Shown here piece by piece: positions 35,890 to 47,410 of a stretch of 64,000 bases of DNA. The DNA lies in assembly GCA_002269645.1 (NCBI GenBank), contig NIVC01000639.1:234173-298172 (forward strand). The letters are read 5' to 3'. Source of the stretch: Macrostomum lignano. Lineage: Eukaryota. The position numbers and the translations under genes are program-made. The notes beneath the pieces were generated by a model. The model did not search any database and was not told the DNA's origin. It saw only the letters and a program-made list of their open reading frames with translations. Positions within the stretch are counted from its first letter, which is position 1. The number at the start of each line of letters is the position of its first letter.

Positions 35890-37420
35890 CTGAAGACAAG
35901 GTAAGTCGCACCGAGGGCAAGCTAAGTCGCACCGAGGGCAAGCTAAGTCGCAGCAGGACCGAGCTAAGTCGCATCGAGGGCGAACTAAGTCGCACCGAGC
36001 GAGAGCTAAGTCGCACCGAGGGCGAGCTAAGTCGCACCGAGGGCAAAATAAGTCGCACCGAGCGAGAGCTAAGTCGCACTAAGTCGCAGCAGGACCGAGC
36101 TAAGTCGCACCGAGGGCGAGCTAAGTCGCAGCAGGACCGAGCTAAGTCGCACCGAGGGCGAACTAAGTCGCACCGAGCGAGAGCTAAGTCGCACTAAGTC
36201 GCAGCAGGACCAAGCTAAGTCGCACCGAGGGCGAGCTAAGTTGCAGCAGGACCGAGCTAAGTCGCACCGAGGGCGAACTAAGTCGCACCGAGCGAGAGCT
36301 AAGTCGCACTGAGGGCGAGCTAAGTCGCAGCAGGACCGAGCTAAGTCGCACCGAGGGCGAACTAAGTCGCACCGAGCGAGAGCTAAGTCGCACTAAGTCG
36401 CAGCAGGACCAAGCTAAGTCGCACCGAGGGCGAGCTAAGTTGCAGCAGGACCGAGCTAAGTTGCACCGAGGGCGAACTAAGTCGCACCGAGCGAGAGCTA
36501 AGTCGCACTGAGGGCGAGCTATGTCGCAGCAGGACCGAGCTAAGTCGCACTAAGGGCGAGCTAAGTCGCACCGAGGGCAAAATAAGTCGCACCGAGCGAG
36601 AGCTAAGTCGCACTAAGTCGCAGCAGGACCGAGCTAAGTCGCACCGAGGGCGAGCTAAGTTGCAGCAGGACCGAGCTAAGTCGCACCGAGGGCGAACTAA
36701 GTCGCACCGAGCGAGAGCTAAGTCGCACTGAGGGCGAGCTAAGTCGCAGCAGGACCGAGCTAAGTCGCACTAAGGGCGAGCTAAGTCGCACCGAGGGCAA
36801 AATAAGTCGCACCGAGCGAGAGCTAAGTCGCACTAAGTCGCAGCAGGACCGAGCTAAGTCGCACCGAGGGCGAGCTAAGTCGCAGCAGGACCGAGCTAAG
36901 TCGCACCGAGGGCGAACTAAGTCGCACCGAGCGAGAGCTAAGTCGCACTAAGTCGCAGCAGGACCGAGCTAAGTCGCACTAAGTCGCAGCAGGACCGAGC
37001 TAAGTCGCACCGAGGGCGAGCTAAGTCGCACCGAGCGAGAGCTAAGTCGCACCGAGGGCGAGCTAAGTCGCAGCAGGACCGAGCTAAGTCGCATCGAGGG
37101 CGAACTAAGTCGCACCGAGCGAGAGCTAAGTCGCACTGAGGGCGAGCTATGTCGCAGCAGGACCGAGCTAAGTCGCACTAAGGGCGAGCTAAGTCGCACC
37201 GAGGGCAAAATAAGTCGCACCGAGCGAGAGCTAAGTCGCACTAAGTCGCAGCAGGACCGAGCTAAGTCGCACCGAGGGCGAGCTAAGTCGCACCGAGGGC
37301 GAGCTAAGTCGCACCGAGCGAGAGCTAAGTCGCACTGAGGGCGAGCTAAGTCGCAGCAGGACCGAGTAAGTCGCAGCAGGGCCGAGGTAAGTCGCAGCAG
37401 GACTGAGTTAAGTCGCAGAG
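35890..37420. repeat. Subterminal higher-order array of TAAGTCGCA-cored 21-bp units
   Basis: Several 21-bp variants plus a 10-bp spacer unit; 220-bp higher-order period (36383 vs 36603). Confidence 0.93.
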
Positions 37421-37621
37421 CATCTTTAGGATTATTAGGATAGGATTAGTTTAGGATGAATTTAATGTATCACTTACTAGGGTGTAGGCTACGTGTGCAT
37501 TAACGCATCAATTTGAAAAATTAAGAATTACGAAGCCAGAAATGGCTAAGGAATAGAAATAGGGATAGAATAACTTATAAGCAGTAATTTTTCAGCCCTA
37601 TTACAATTGCAAATCATACTT

Positions 37622-40600
37622 TTAATAATATTTAATTAGCAAATTAAAACTGCAAGATTCTAACGGTCTTATATATGAACTTAGAAGAACTGTAGTCTGA
37701 CCAGAGATTGTCCTTTCTGTAGCGCGTTCTGAAGCATCTGCATCTCTAGAGTCTGAATCAGAAAGATGGTCCTCTGTTTCAGATTCAGAGCTGTCATCTT
37801 CCATTCCAAACCGTCTAGCAAGAGGTATGATTCTCGAACTGTATGTAAAGACAGTATGTAATGTTTCAGCATTAGGCAATAACACTGGGTTGAGCACATT
37901 AAATATTGAGTAGTCATCCTCAGGAAAATAATTACGCAGCTGATCAATTATGCTATCAATGATTCGACTGCGAATCTCATCCAGTGCTGGATAAGCTCCC
38001 ATGTCAACAACACTGCCACGTCCACTAGCATCAAATAATCTATTTCTTAGAGATCTGTCTGCAGCAGAACCTGGTTGCTTCAACTCAAACCTCTCTGTTG
38101 GATCGCTGCTTCCAGGGCCGGAAGGACAAGCAAAGTTAGAATAAGATAGGTCTCTTGTGTGACATCCTGAATGGTATTCCAGCTGCGGATATCCATCTGC
38201 AGTTCCCAAAACTCGACGACACTTGCAGGAAGCCAAAAAGTCCACAATGCGAGGACCATTGTTCGTTTTTAAGGTTTCTAGTGAATGGATAAGGTTAGTG
38301 TGGCGTTCTTGCAAGCCAATAAATGTACCCTTGGCTCTTTGAAACTGCAAGGACTCAAATTCCAGTAATTTTAGAATGTCCATGAGAAATAGATGTAATG
38401 AATAATACCGGACATTTTGCAATGTTTTCAATAATCCAGAGGCAGTTGCTTTACTTTCGTCATCAAAGCCTGAGGAAGGTGATTTGATATTTTCTAAATT
38501 TGTCAGAAGCAAGTAGTACGACTTTCGAATCACATCAAGAGCAGACACTTCCGATGCAACCCACCTGATGCGATATATTCTTTTTAATTCATAGAAAACC
38601 AAGTTGAGTGCTTCCGAAGTTTGTGCCAAAGATGCCTTACGTTTAACAGCGTGGCTCATATAAAATTTGTGTAGAGAATTTATATTCTTATCGAGATGTT
38701 GCATAAATGGGAAGATTTCAAAGGCATGATAGATTGAAAGTTCTAACTTATGCGCTGCACAATGGTGCTGAAAAAATTGTTTGCTAGCCCAAGGCCTCAG
38801 TTGACTTATTAATCCCACTCGACTTCCTGTCATTACGGATGCACCATCAGTTGTCACCCCCAATAGCCTTCGTTTGATTTCATCTTCTAGCTTGTCATCC
38901 GAAAATAAACGGATGAGAAGTTCATAAATGCTTCGTCCAGTCTCTACTTCAGTCAGACGTTTAAACCGATAAAAAACATCAAATGTTGGCTGTTTTCAAG
39001 AACTCTGAAGTATATCATGACGTAGCTGTTTGAATGAATATCAGACGTTGTATCTAGTACAATAGAAATCGGAAGATTGTCAGCACTTTTAATGTAATTC
39101 ACAAATGTCCGATGCATTGTATTACTGATTGATTCCACCATTGCTGCGGCACTTTTGCGATGCTTATGATGGCTCCCCATATCCAACCCATTTTTTACTT
39201 GTAAATCAATCATATTTGGATGAGCACTGAATGGAATATTAGATTTGACTTCGGCATAAACTGTTGTCAAAACTCGGGCTGTTATTTCATCTCGTTTAGT
39301 TTTAGCTAGTCTAGCGGCCTCATTCATCTGTTTGAGTTGCTTTGCAAGAACTGAAGTATGTTTTTCCTTCATCCACTTTATGGCGTCACTGAAGTGTATT
39401 TGATGAATGTTCCTGTAGTTTTCTTCGTACGCTATCTTTTGCATGACCTTTGGGAATGTAGCCTTGTTCTGTTGCAAAAGTTAACTTACGTTGGCTCTCT
39501 AGATTTGTCTCCTTTTTCTTATGTGCATTCAAAAATTTTCTGCAGATCCGACATTGTATTCCAGATCTTGATAGATCTTCGGTGTTTTGAACATATTGAA
39601 ACCATGTCTTCATTTCTTGTGACACAAATTTTCTTGAAAATGATCTGCAATGGTCAAATTAGAGAATATTTTGGGATTTGGACTATTTGTGAGTATCTAA
39701 AAGCAATATGCTAATAAGTGCAATACACAATACACTATACATTAATTTACAGTTCGTCAGTTTCCATTTACTTACTGTGACTGGTGCATCTCCAAAGAAT
39801 GTAACCACTCCTCTCGAAAACCAGATGTATCCTCCCAGTCCTTTTTAGGGAAAACTTCAATATTTTCGCCCATCATAGAGGAAGACGAGGGCTTTGATGC
39901 TGAAGTGGCTAGACATGCGTCTGCAGATGTGCTTATGCATGGTATTTTTTTTTGCGATGGCCCTGCTTCTGCAGTATTTACTTGTACTATTTCAACATCA
40001 CCTGAACCCCTTGAGTCGCTCGAATCTAAATCAACAATAGGACTTTGGCAAAGTGATCGTTTCGTTGATTGTCTTTGAATATTTACTTGCCTAATAATTT
40101 CCACTTGTAGTTTGCTTGTTTGCTGGTCATTCTCCAACAACTCTCTTCTTTCCTGTACATTTGCAGCAGAGCAAAAATTAGAAGTTTCTGCAGCAGCAGT
40201 TTGAACAGCATGATCTCGATTAGCTGCTATTTGCTCTGAAAATTCATAGGACCTGGCCAATTCACTACGGTGTGAGCTTTCAGAACATGGAGCTGGAGCA
40301 GGAGCTAGTCGCATTTCGATTCTTTCTGTTGCTGATGAAGCAGATGCTAATGCTGAGTCTGCCAATGTACCTGCTTCTCTTGAAGGTGTATTTATGATGG
40401 CTTCAATATTGTCCTCTAAAATCCAATGAGCACCTGAGCAGTCATTTTCTCTACCTGGAGTCAACTGTCCAAGTTTCCACCTTGTAAAAAGCAAAGGCTT
40501 TCGTAACTCACTGCTGGATTCAGGGCACCGGTTTATTGAATAGTCCTCATGACCAAGTTCATCCCATTCTCTTGCTGGCTTTAAGATGTAGTTGGGCTTG

Positions 40601-41403
40601 TCTCTTAGCCTACGATAAATGGACTAAAAAAATGTGCACCTGTTATTTTGTGTACTTCGTGCATAGATGATCATGTCATGCACATTGTTCCTAATAATTT
40701 CAGCTAATGAGTTATCAATGATAATTTTATCTTCATAAACAGGTCTTCTTTGTGTTGCATGCATTTTAGCTAGTCGCAGTTTTCCAATGCTACTGGCAGT
40801 TGTGGAACTTGAACTGTCCGATTCTGATCTAGAAAAGTCTCGTTGATACAAGAGAACAATGGCCATAGCACTTTTACCATTCCCATTCTTTAATGCATTT
40901 GGTTCTGTTGGAATTGTCTTACTAGCAGACTTGAAAAAATCAATGATGGATGACTGCGATGATCCACTAGGAGCGGAACTTGGCAGCCCATGTCTAGTTT
41001 TTCCCTGATACCCAATAGATGTATCGGTAAAAAACATATCTGCTGCTTCCTGCTTCTCTTTTGATGCAATAACAAAGAAACTGCTGTCCGTTTTGAAGCC
41101 CGAGGACCGATAGAAGTCAGCAGAAAATGAAACCACAGGTCGTCTAAAATCGCCGCTATATTCTTGAACTCCAATCAGAAGAAAATCACGGAGTCTCACT
41201 GGCACTGATCCTAATAGCATTGCAGTTGTGGAACAAACTTTCTTCAGCTCAATGAACTCTGAAAATTCTTGAGATCCAATATTAGGCTCATCAGTATTTA
41301 ACTCATTTATAACAATTGAGCACTCACTCTCAGCTAGAATACCATTGATAGCTAGGATGCCACTTAGAATCAGTAGGCAAAGACAACTAAGGCTGTACAT
41401 CAT
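37622..41403 (-). pseudogene. Signal peptide + lamin-tail-like domain spliced to a hAT transposase; exons 41403-39776 and 39644-37622
   Basis: IVINELNTDEP...EFIEL and SINRCP...TPGREN.C in one frame broken by a single TAG (40624-40626); phase-2 intron 39775-39645; then WFQY..CRIC..H finger, SIVLDTTSD, TTDGASVM, HCAAHKLEL, RWVASE; frameshifts at ~39390 and ~39000; C-terminal catalytic Glu/dimerisation region not seen. Confidence 0.8.
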
Positions 41404-42142
41404 TCTGTGAAAGATTAAGTCGAGTATATGATTTTGGTGATAAAATAAAATTGATTTATGAGTATTACTATATAAATAAAACATTTAAAAGCCCTTACCT
41501 TTACCAATTCATGTACAGAAAGTAAGTGTAAATACAACCAATTGCCTTGGTAGTTTAGTTATATGCTCGTATCAGATGCAGGCAGACAGCATAGGCTGCC
41601 AAGGTGCTATAAGTTAAGGTTAACTTTCACTATTTGGCTTTACAGACTGCTTTTATCGCTGCATGCATTGACTTAGCCTTAGCTTGTGCCATCATACTCA
41701 TACAGCTATATATACATATGTATCTCTGCCACTCCCCACTTTTGCAACCTTACACTGTACAATCATGCCTAAAACACTCCGTGTCAAGTGTACTGTTCTA
41801 GTGCCACATGGGGTACAAATACGATTAGGAATGACAAGAGTCAAAACCATACATGCACAATAGTTGGCCGATATGGACGACTGATTTGGCGGCCAACCAA
41901 GGTAAGTTGCAAAAATGCCCACCCAAATAAATACCAAAGTAGTATTAAGTAGCTGACGAAGCATTTTGCCTTAATAAAGACAGTTATAGTTACTCCTGCC
42001 GTTTACCCAAAGTTGCGTTAATTTTGCTTTTAGGTTTTTTTCATGTAAGTCGCATTTTTGGCCGAAAACTACGTCGCATTTTTGTTAAAACTAAGTCGCA
42101 CGGCCGACCAAATTTTGGAGGTTGCGCATGTATGAACCTCAC

Positions 42143-45100
42143 TAGCAGCTCCACCAAGTACCATTATGCCTTAGCAACCCTCCCAAAGGACATCACATGC
42201 TAACTCAACCTCAATGGCAACAACTACAATGCATTGAAGAAGGTGGTGGGCAATAGCCTGCACTTTGCGCACTAATTGGCATCAGCTAATCAAGGAAGCC
42301 CTTTCTGCCATGGAACTTGGCCCTCGGAGACCAAGCCAACTTGTCAATGAGAAAATGCCAATTTACTGAGGTCAGCCTGAAGGTTGACGATGCCATAGTC
42401 AAGTCATGCCTCATCTCTGTGTTGCCGCCCCACATTTGCTCCGCACTCATTGGACATGAGCACAGCCTACTAGATAATTTTCCAAGATTGTGGACAGCAT
42501 GCTCGCTGTCTCTAGTCGACCCTCACTATTTGCTGACATCAATCAGTTGTCCACTGCTGCTAATGCAGAGCAGCAACTGGCCTGGCATCTCTCCTGGCGA
42601 CCTGACCCTCCGGCTCACAATGCCCAGCCTCACAGATGGCAGTGACCACTTGTCTGTAATTCACATATCTACTATGCTGGCAGAGCTCTAACTTGCCGAC
42701 CCTGGTGCAAGTGGCCAGGTTTAAAGCCATCGAACATACTCCACCAAGGTCAGCCAATACCTGCCCAGTCTCGCATGGCTTTGCCAACCCCAAATGAGTG
42801 AGTCATGTGCAGTGGCCGGGCCATGACAACGTACAGGCCCGCACACCTATCATTCCCACTCAAATACTAAGTTCCTCTGTTTTATTCCTTGTTGACACCA
42901 GTGCGGAAAAATCCTTACTGCCTCTGTGTTTCGTCCCATTTAACCTCATCACCCCCTGTAACGTTCAACTTTGTGGGGTCAGTGGACACAAGGCTGCACC
43001 CATGGGCAATGCAACGCTTCATTTTTGTTAAAAGGTTTACGCCGCACCTTTCAATTCAACTTCATCGTCGCAGACACAGCCCCCATTCTCGGATTGGATT
43101 TTTTATTTCATTATGGACTGTCCATCAACATGGGAGCCAAGTGCCTTCGAGATCCCCTGACTTCGCTGGTTGCGCCGCTCAATTTCGATGCCAAGCAAGA
43201 GTTTCGACCACTGTCAATCCACATTGTATCAGACGTTGACGGTAGTGCAATTTTCGGCAAATATCCTGGGCTGACCGAGCTCTGGATTACTCAATCCTGC
43301 CAACTACTCCGGTGCAGCATCGCATCATCACGTCAGGCGAACCAGTCTACTGCAAGCCGCGCCCTCTCTCGCCTGCAAAGTTCGATGTGGCCAAGGCAGA
43401 ATTTGACAAGCTCCTTCAGATGGGCATTGTCCGCCCGTCCTGCAGCCCTTGGGCGTCACCACTCCATATGGTCAAGAAGGCTGACGGATCATGGAGACTC
43501 TGTGGGGACTACCGCGCTTTGAACAGCATGACGGTGCCCGATAGGTGCCCGATAAAACCCACTCCGCATATCCGGCATTTTCACCACCAACTTCGTGGCA
43601 GCAGCGTGTTCAGCAAATTGGACTTGGTCAAGGCCTACCATTTCATACCAGTTGCCGAGGAGGATATTTCCAAAACAGCAATCTGCACGCCATTCGGCTC
43701 TTTTGAATACGTCCGGATGCCATTCGGGTTGCGCAACGCCGGCAGCACATTTCAACGCTTCATCGATTCGCTGTTTCGAAACCTGTCCTGTGGCATCACA
43801 TACGTTGACGATATACTGATTCAAAGCAAGTCAGAGGCAGACCATCACAACGACATTCAGATCGTGCTGCAACGCCTACATAAAGAGGGGCTCCGAGTTC
43901 AACCCGCAAAATGCCAGTTCTTTCAGAGTAGCATCGAATTTCTCGGTCATTTAGTCTCCAAAGACAGAGTCCAGCCACTACCATTCCGCGTGGAAGCGCT
44001 GCGACAGCTGTCACCTCCAGCAGACTTCAAGAGTCTTCAGCGCGTTCTCGGCATGTTCGGTTTCTACCTGTGCCACATTCCGAAATACGCAAGCAATGTG
44101 CAACCGCTGCGATCGCTCACCGAAATCGATTATCATTGGCAATCTGAACATGACGCCGCCTTCCGAGAGCTCCAGGATAGCCTAGCGGCAGCGGTGACTC
44201 TCGCCTTCCCGACCCCAACTGGTTCATTCACCATCACGTCGGATGCCAGCTCGTTCACATTGGGCGCCAGTTTGCACCAGAATATAGACGGCGATTCGGT
44301 CCCCATTGCGTTCTATTCACGGAAACTCACCAAAGCGTAAACGGCATACAGTACAGCGCGTTCGACCGTGAACTTCTAGGCGTGTTCGCTGCCGTCAAAA
44401 CATGGCGACACATCATTCACGGCCACCCCACGACCGTGTTTAGCGACCACAAGCCGTTAGTCGGTGCATTCAACAGCAATAAGGAGCGCCTATCCGATCG
44501 GCAGCAGCGCCAGTTGGCCACCATCTCAGAATATGTGATCGACATCATTTACATCCCGGGAGCCAAGAACGTGGTCGCCGATACCTTAACTCGTGACACC
44601 GTCAAACCTGGCAAGCACACAGTGAACACTGTCCAATCAGAAGACGTGTACACATTGCATTTGCCCGCAGATCTCCCTGCGATCGCCAAGGCACAGCGAG
44701 AAGCAGGGCTCACGAGCGGTGACCGTTACCGCCCATTCGATGTCGGATTATTAGATTGTCCCCTGTACTGCGAAACTTCGCAACCAAACCCGCGACCGCT
44801 CATACCAGAGCACATGCGCCGTCAGGTTGTGCTAGCACTGCACAACATCGCCCACCCAGGTGTGAAGGCCACGTAGCGTTTAGTCGCCCATCGTTTTTTC
44901 TGGCCATGCATGAAGTCAGACATACAGCGCTGGACGGCAGAATGCACACAATGTCAATCAGCAAAAATTGGTCGTCATGTTTGCCGTCCACTGCACCACC
45001 TGCCTGCACCTACACAGCGGTTCACAACGGTCTGCATGGATTTAGTCGGACCGCTCCCGGCGCCGGACCCAACCGAAACAGCTGTACCCCAGCCGCGATA

Positions 45101-46263
45101 TTTACTAACCATCGTGGACTCGTACTCCCGCTGGGTCGAAGCAATCCCATTGCAATCGATCACCAGTACGGTTGTTGCACAAGCCTTCGTTGCCCACTGG
45201 GTTTGTCGATTTGGCCCACCGTTAACACTCATCACAGACCAAGGAGCTCAATTTCGCTCGGAATTAATGGCAAACCTGGTGAAACTTCTCGGCGTCCATC
45301 ACATCCGCACGGCCGCATATAATCCTAAGGCCAACGGCATGATCGAGCGAGTTCATCGCACACTGAAGGTGAGCCTCAGAGCTCGCGGCCGGTGCTGGCT
45401 TAACCAGCTGTCCATCGATTTATTCGGATTGCTCATTAACCCGGACGACCAGAGTCACTCGCCATTCTCAATCGTCACAGGAGAACAGCCGCTAGTTCCA
45501 CCGGTTACAACTAATGACGTCGACCAGCGTCAGCTGTCGACTCAACTACACGACCTGTTTTTCCCGTACCGCCTGCCGCGGACCCGTCAGCAGCCTGTCC
45601 ACATACCTCCGGAGCTGGAGTCCTGCGAGTTCATGTGGCTCCGAGTTGACAGTGTTAAGCAATACTCGAGGCGCCATATCAAGGACCCTACAAGGTGTTG
45701 CGACGCTCAGCAACCACCGTGACGCTCGTCATAAAAGGCAAGCCCCAGGCCGTTTCTATCGAGAGAGTGAAGCCGGCAGTGCTACCAGGAGACAGTCAGC
45801 GCCAGACCCGAGCAATGACGAAAGAGGCACGGCCGGATAAGCCAACGACTAATACCCCTGCGACGAAACATCGTCCCGCGAAGGAAGCCCAATGAGTTCG
45901 TTTTTCCGAGAAGCCAACAGTTCACGTTATTGATTATTGATCAACAATCCCTTATCGAACAATCAACTAACAAACAGAAATTAAATTAACTTTACTGATC
46001 GCCAAACATCGTTTATAGTTGTTCGCTTTTCCATTGGGGGAAGTGTTTGTAGTGCCTTGTTTCCCACTGTCCTTGCGTAATAAAAGTACTTTTTGTTGAG
46101 TGCCCACAAGCTAGGTTGTCTATGACCCAAACTCCAACTTTCGGTTTCAGCCCCAAAGTAACTGTACTTTATTTTTATTAAATAGACGCGATCGCCCCCA
46201 GCCGAGGTTTAACATTCGCTCAACTTAATTAATCGTCTTCATCTTTTGGTAGCCAGCGCTACA
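42143..46263 (+). mobile_element. Ty3/gypsy LTR retrotransposon, decayed; 5' part disrupted by the hAT insertion
   Basis: gag remnant KYHYALATLP; protease FLVDTSAEKS; [18 protein letters not shown]; RNase H ITSDASS; integrase MDLVGP, ITDQG, NGMIERVHRTLK; several stops and frameshifts. Confidence 0.93.
46044..46263 (+). repeat. Probable 3' LTR of the gypsy element
   Basis: Follows polypurine tract GGGGGAAG (46036-46043); TG(TAG)...CTACA termini; no matching 5' LTR found. Confidence 0.55.
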
Positions 46264-47099
46264 CTACCTTTGTATTCCCTTGGGTAGGAATTTTGCAACT
46301 TATCCCTGATTACCACAATTTATAGTGGCTGAATTGGCAAGGTTGGCTAGCAGCTGCGCATGTATGTTTTGATGCAAACCATAAACCTATAGAGAACAGG
46401 AAATGCACGACCACAAGAAAAGCAGAGATATTCAATGGACATTGGATTTGGATCTGAAAACAATTTCAAAAGATTGCAACTCTGTATTTGTAAATAAACA
46501 AAATTAAGTAAAGCAATACTTAACTATTTCAGAAAGTTATAAAATTTTAAGTTGAATGAAAATATTCCTTAAGATTTGCAAAGTAATTTTCTATTTAAAA
46601 ACAGAATGGCTATCACTAAAAAGGTATTTTTCTTGTTACCAAAATGACTTGCTTCACACCAAAAGGACTGTCACCAAATGTCTTGTCACCAAAATGACTA
46701 TAATGCATTTTTTGGGCAAAGTTATTAATGGATTAGCCTTCAAATTTTATAGTTTCTAATCCCAAATATTCAGTTAGTCTGACTTGAATTAGTTTTTTTA
46801 ATTCTAAATCTAATTCTTTTAATATTATTATTTTCTTTTAGATCCTATTTAAAGGATAATAGAAAAAGGTTGATCATTTTTTGAACAATATACATTATTT
46901 AAATCAGAAGATTTAGGTTCAATGCACATATATTTTAAAGCATTTTTATATCTGCATTTACTATGAAAAATAAATGCTTCTATTGCTTTTAAAGATACAT
47001 TCTAATAAGGTTTTATTATCTAGATCGATATCCAATTTTGCTCTCTTGACCCTAGGTTGATGTCCTTCAAAACATTTTTTTATTTTTTGATCTAGGTTG

Positions 47100-47400
47100 A
47101 TACTCTTGTAATCCAGGTTAGGTTGATGCTTCTGACATCCACTTTGATGCTTCTGACACCCAGGTTGTTGCTTACTGACACCCATGTTGTTGCTTTTGAC
47201 ATCCGGGTTGATGCTCCTGACATCCAGGTTGTTGCTACTGACATCCACTTTGATGCTTCTGACATCCACTTTGATGCTTCTGACATCCACTTTGATGCTT
47301 TTGACATCTACTTTGATGCTTCTGACATCCACTTTGATGCTTTTGACATCCAGGTTGATGCTCCTGACATCCGGGTTTTTGCTTCTGACATCCAGGTTGA
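47100..47400. repeat. 21-bp minisatellite (TTGATGCTTCTGACATCCACT) just upstream of the DHHC gene
   Basis: Tandem units. Confidence 0.9.
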
Positions 47401-47410
47401 TATTCCTGAT

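Larger units (their letters stand above)
35683..42134 (-). mobile_element. hAT DNA transposon (ZNF862-like transposase), 6452 bp
   Basis: 14-bp TIR CATACATGCGCAAC at both ends; exact 8-bp TSD AACCTCAC at 35675-35682 and 42135-42142; subterminal AAGTCGCA motifs at both ends. Confidence 0.93.
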
